The position numbers and the translations under genes are program-made. The notes under the pieces are model-generated. The model was not told the DNA's origin. It saw nothing but the letters and a program-made list of their open reading frames with translations, and did no database searches. From the NCBI GenBank assembly GCA_964106645.2, contig OZ067046.1: a stretch of DNA of 64,000 nt; one strand, given 5' to 3'. Source of the DNA: Podarcis pityusensis. Taxonomy: Eukaryota. Position 1 is the stretch's first letter; each line of letters starts with the position of its first letter. Of the stretch, positions 62,201-64,000 are shown piece by piece.

Positions 62201-64000
62201 TTGGAGTCAGTCAGGGCCTCATCCTCCCAGGCCAGGTGGAAAAAGCCTGAGAGAATACAGCTATCTTGAATGCGGGTTGTTGGCCAATAGTCTGGTCACA
62301 GAGGAGAATGGGGTAGCCTCTCCAAGTGACAAGTTGCCCTCATGGAAGTCATATTTTGCTGTTGCAGTTATTTAATAACATAGCGGAACCTATGTAGACT
62401 CTATGACCTCTACCTACTGGACAGGAAGTGAATCACATGCCCCAATAGATCATCTAAGCCGGACTATGAGCATATAAATAATGTAGTTTGAAGGATGTGT
62501 GATGTATTTGGAAATGTTCCAGTATAGTATAGCCAAATTGTTAGAATGGCTACATGGGGAAAATCAGTTCTGTGGGAAACCACCAGCAAATTAAAGCCTA
62601 AAGAGGCAGCCATTTTGAGTAAAGGTGTTGTTGAGAGTTGCACAGCACTATGTTTCTTCTGATCTTTTGGCATCATTTTGTAAAGTTTGTAGGTGGCAAG
62701 GTGATAGAGAACAGAGCTGGGTGTGTCATGTGACCTGCTAATGTCACCTGCTGCCCTCATTTATGATGGAGGAAGATGTCCTGTAACCAGTGTTGAAATA
62801 GAATTCAGCGGCTAATACAGTCAGCTTCTAGGGCTCAGGGATAGGTCGCCTTACCCTTCCTCTCAGGCAACAAAGTTCTGGGGCCAGCCCAGCATACCTT
62901 GTCATTTTGTACTTCACATTTTCTTCAAACTCTGTGACAGAAATCCGATACCACAATTCAAATTTTGTCATCAAAACTGTGAATCTGAAATAGTATTAAA
63001 TTTCATTTGGCTCAAGTTAAATTCTTGTTGTGCTGCATTGTAGAATATAATATCATGAAGGAAGGGGCCTAAGACAGCCAAGTGAAAGGATTGCTCTCCA
63101 GTCTTATTGTTCACCCTGTGTGTGTGTGTGTCCATATGGCCTTCCCTAACTTGGTGCCCTCCAGGTGTTCTGGACTACAACTCCTGTGCTGACTGGGGCT
63201 GCTAGGAATTGTCCAAATTACCTGAATGGCACTAAGTTTGAGGAAGGCTACTCTACACTATTTGAAGCAGAATTGGTCTCTTGAAGAAATAATTGCCAAA
63301 GTGCATTTTCAGCAATAATTTTAACAGGACTGCAGGAACTACCCACACAGTTGAGCTTCATGCTAAAACCTAATTTAGTGAATACAAAAAGCTACTACTG
63401 ACATTGTTATGTGCCCCACTTTCATTCACGAAACCTTTGACTCTCAGCCGCTTTCATAAAAGCTTGTCTCTTTCTTTTTTATGACATAAAATCTGTATGA
63501 AGCCTTTTCAAACATGCTTAAACCATACTCAATGATCCATTCCAAATGAGTTTTGGCAGGTCACTCATACTGCAATTCATGTATCTATTATTTACCCATG
63601 GTGTTCTAAGATAAGAACCTATAGGTAATATTGATGTGCACTGCATACGTTGCTCTTGAAAGGCCATTTTCCAAGAAACCTACGGCCCCACCTGAATTAC
63701 ATTTTAAAGCACTATCATACTACTTTAAATGCCATGGCTTTCCCAAAGAATCTGGATACTTGGATAAATATACAACCCTTATTCATCCAAAATCTTAGCA
63801 TGCTTAGCACTCCAAAGTCTTGCAAAAGAAGAATTATGGAGGAACACGAAAAGCTGCACCAACATTTTTTCAGCCATGAAGATCAGTTCAGTCTCCTTTA
63901 CAAACTCCTGTTTATGACAGGCAAGTCTCCTTGCTGCTTACACTAGCAAGCAGGCCTTCCTTCATAGCCTTGAAAGAGAATAGAAAGTGCCTTCTAATCT

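Noticed and set aside
1-64000. Remaining short ORFs in the supplied track
   Set aside because: Their lengths and composition fit chance ORFs in AT-rich DNA or readings of repeats and microsatellites. No recognisable domains or consistent exon chain were found.

Overview
This is AT-rich, CpG-depleted vertebrate DNA that looks intronic or intergenic. The repeat content points to a squamate, most likely a lacertid lizard: Sauria/Squam1 SINEs with (ACCTTT)n tails, Bov-B LINE, a MIR/Ther1-type SINE, L2, CR1, L1, and many Tigger/Tc1/hAT MITEs. I cannot recognise any host protein-coding exon. Almost all ORFs in the supplied track are chance ORFs or transposon read-throughs. The only clearly recognisable proteins are reverse-transcriptase relics (Bov-B 44494-45555, L2 33110-33480, CR1 4040-4565). 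The most interesting observations are: (1) a retroelement 5' end that folds into an HDV-like double pseudoknot with an unusually long L3 (24181-24371); (2) a 5S rRNA copy fused precisely to a tRNA-derived SINE (44002-44217); (3) two copies of a second, remodelled 5S-derived SINE; (4) a three-element abutting/nested MITE cluster containing a perfect 40-bp palindrome (41294-42300); (5) a 784-bp solo-LTR-like element; (6) a possible decayed hAT transposase (19006-19755); and (7) several enhancer-like motif clusters. All family names come from recalled consensus features, not database searches. Boundaries of old elements are approximate.
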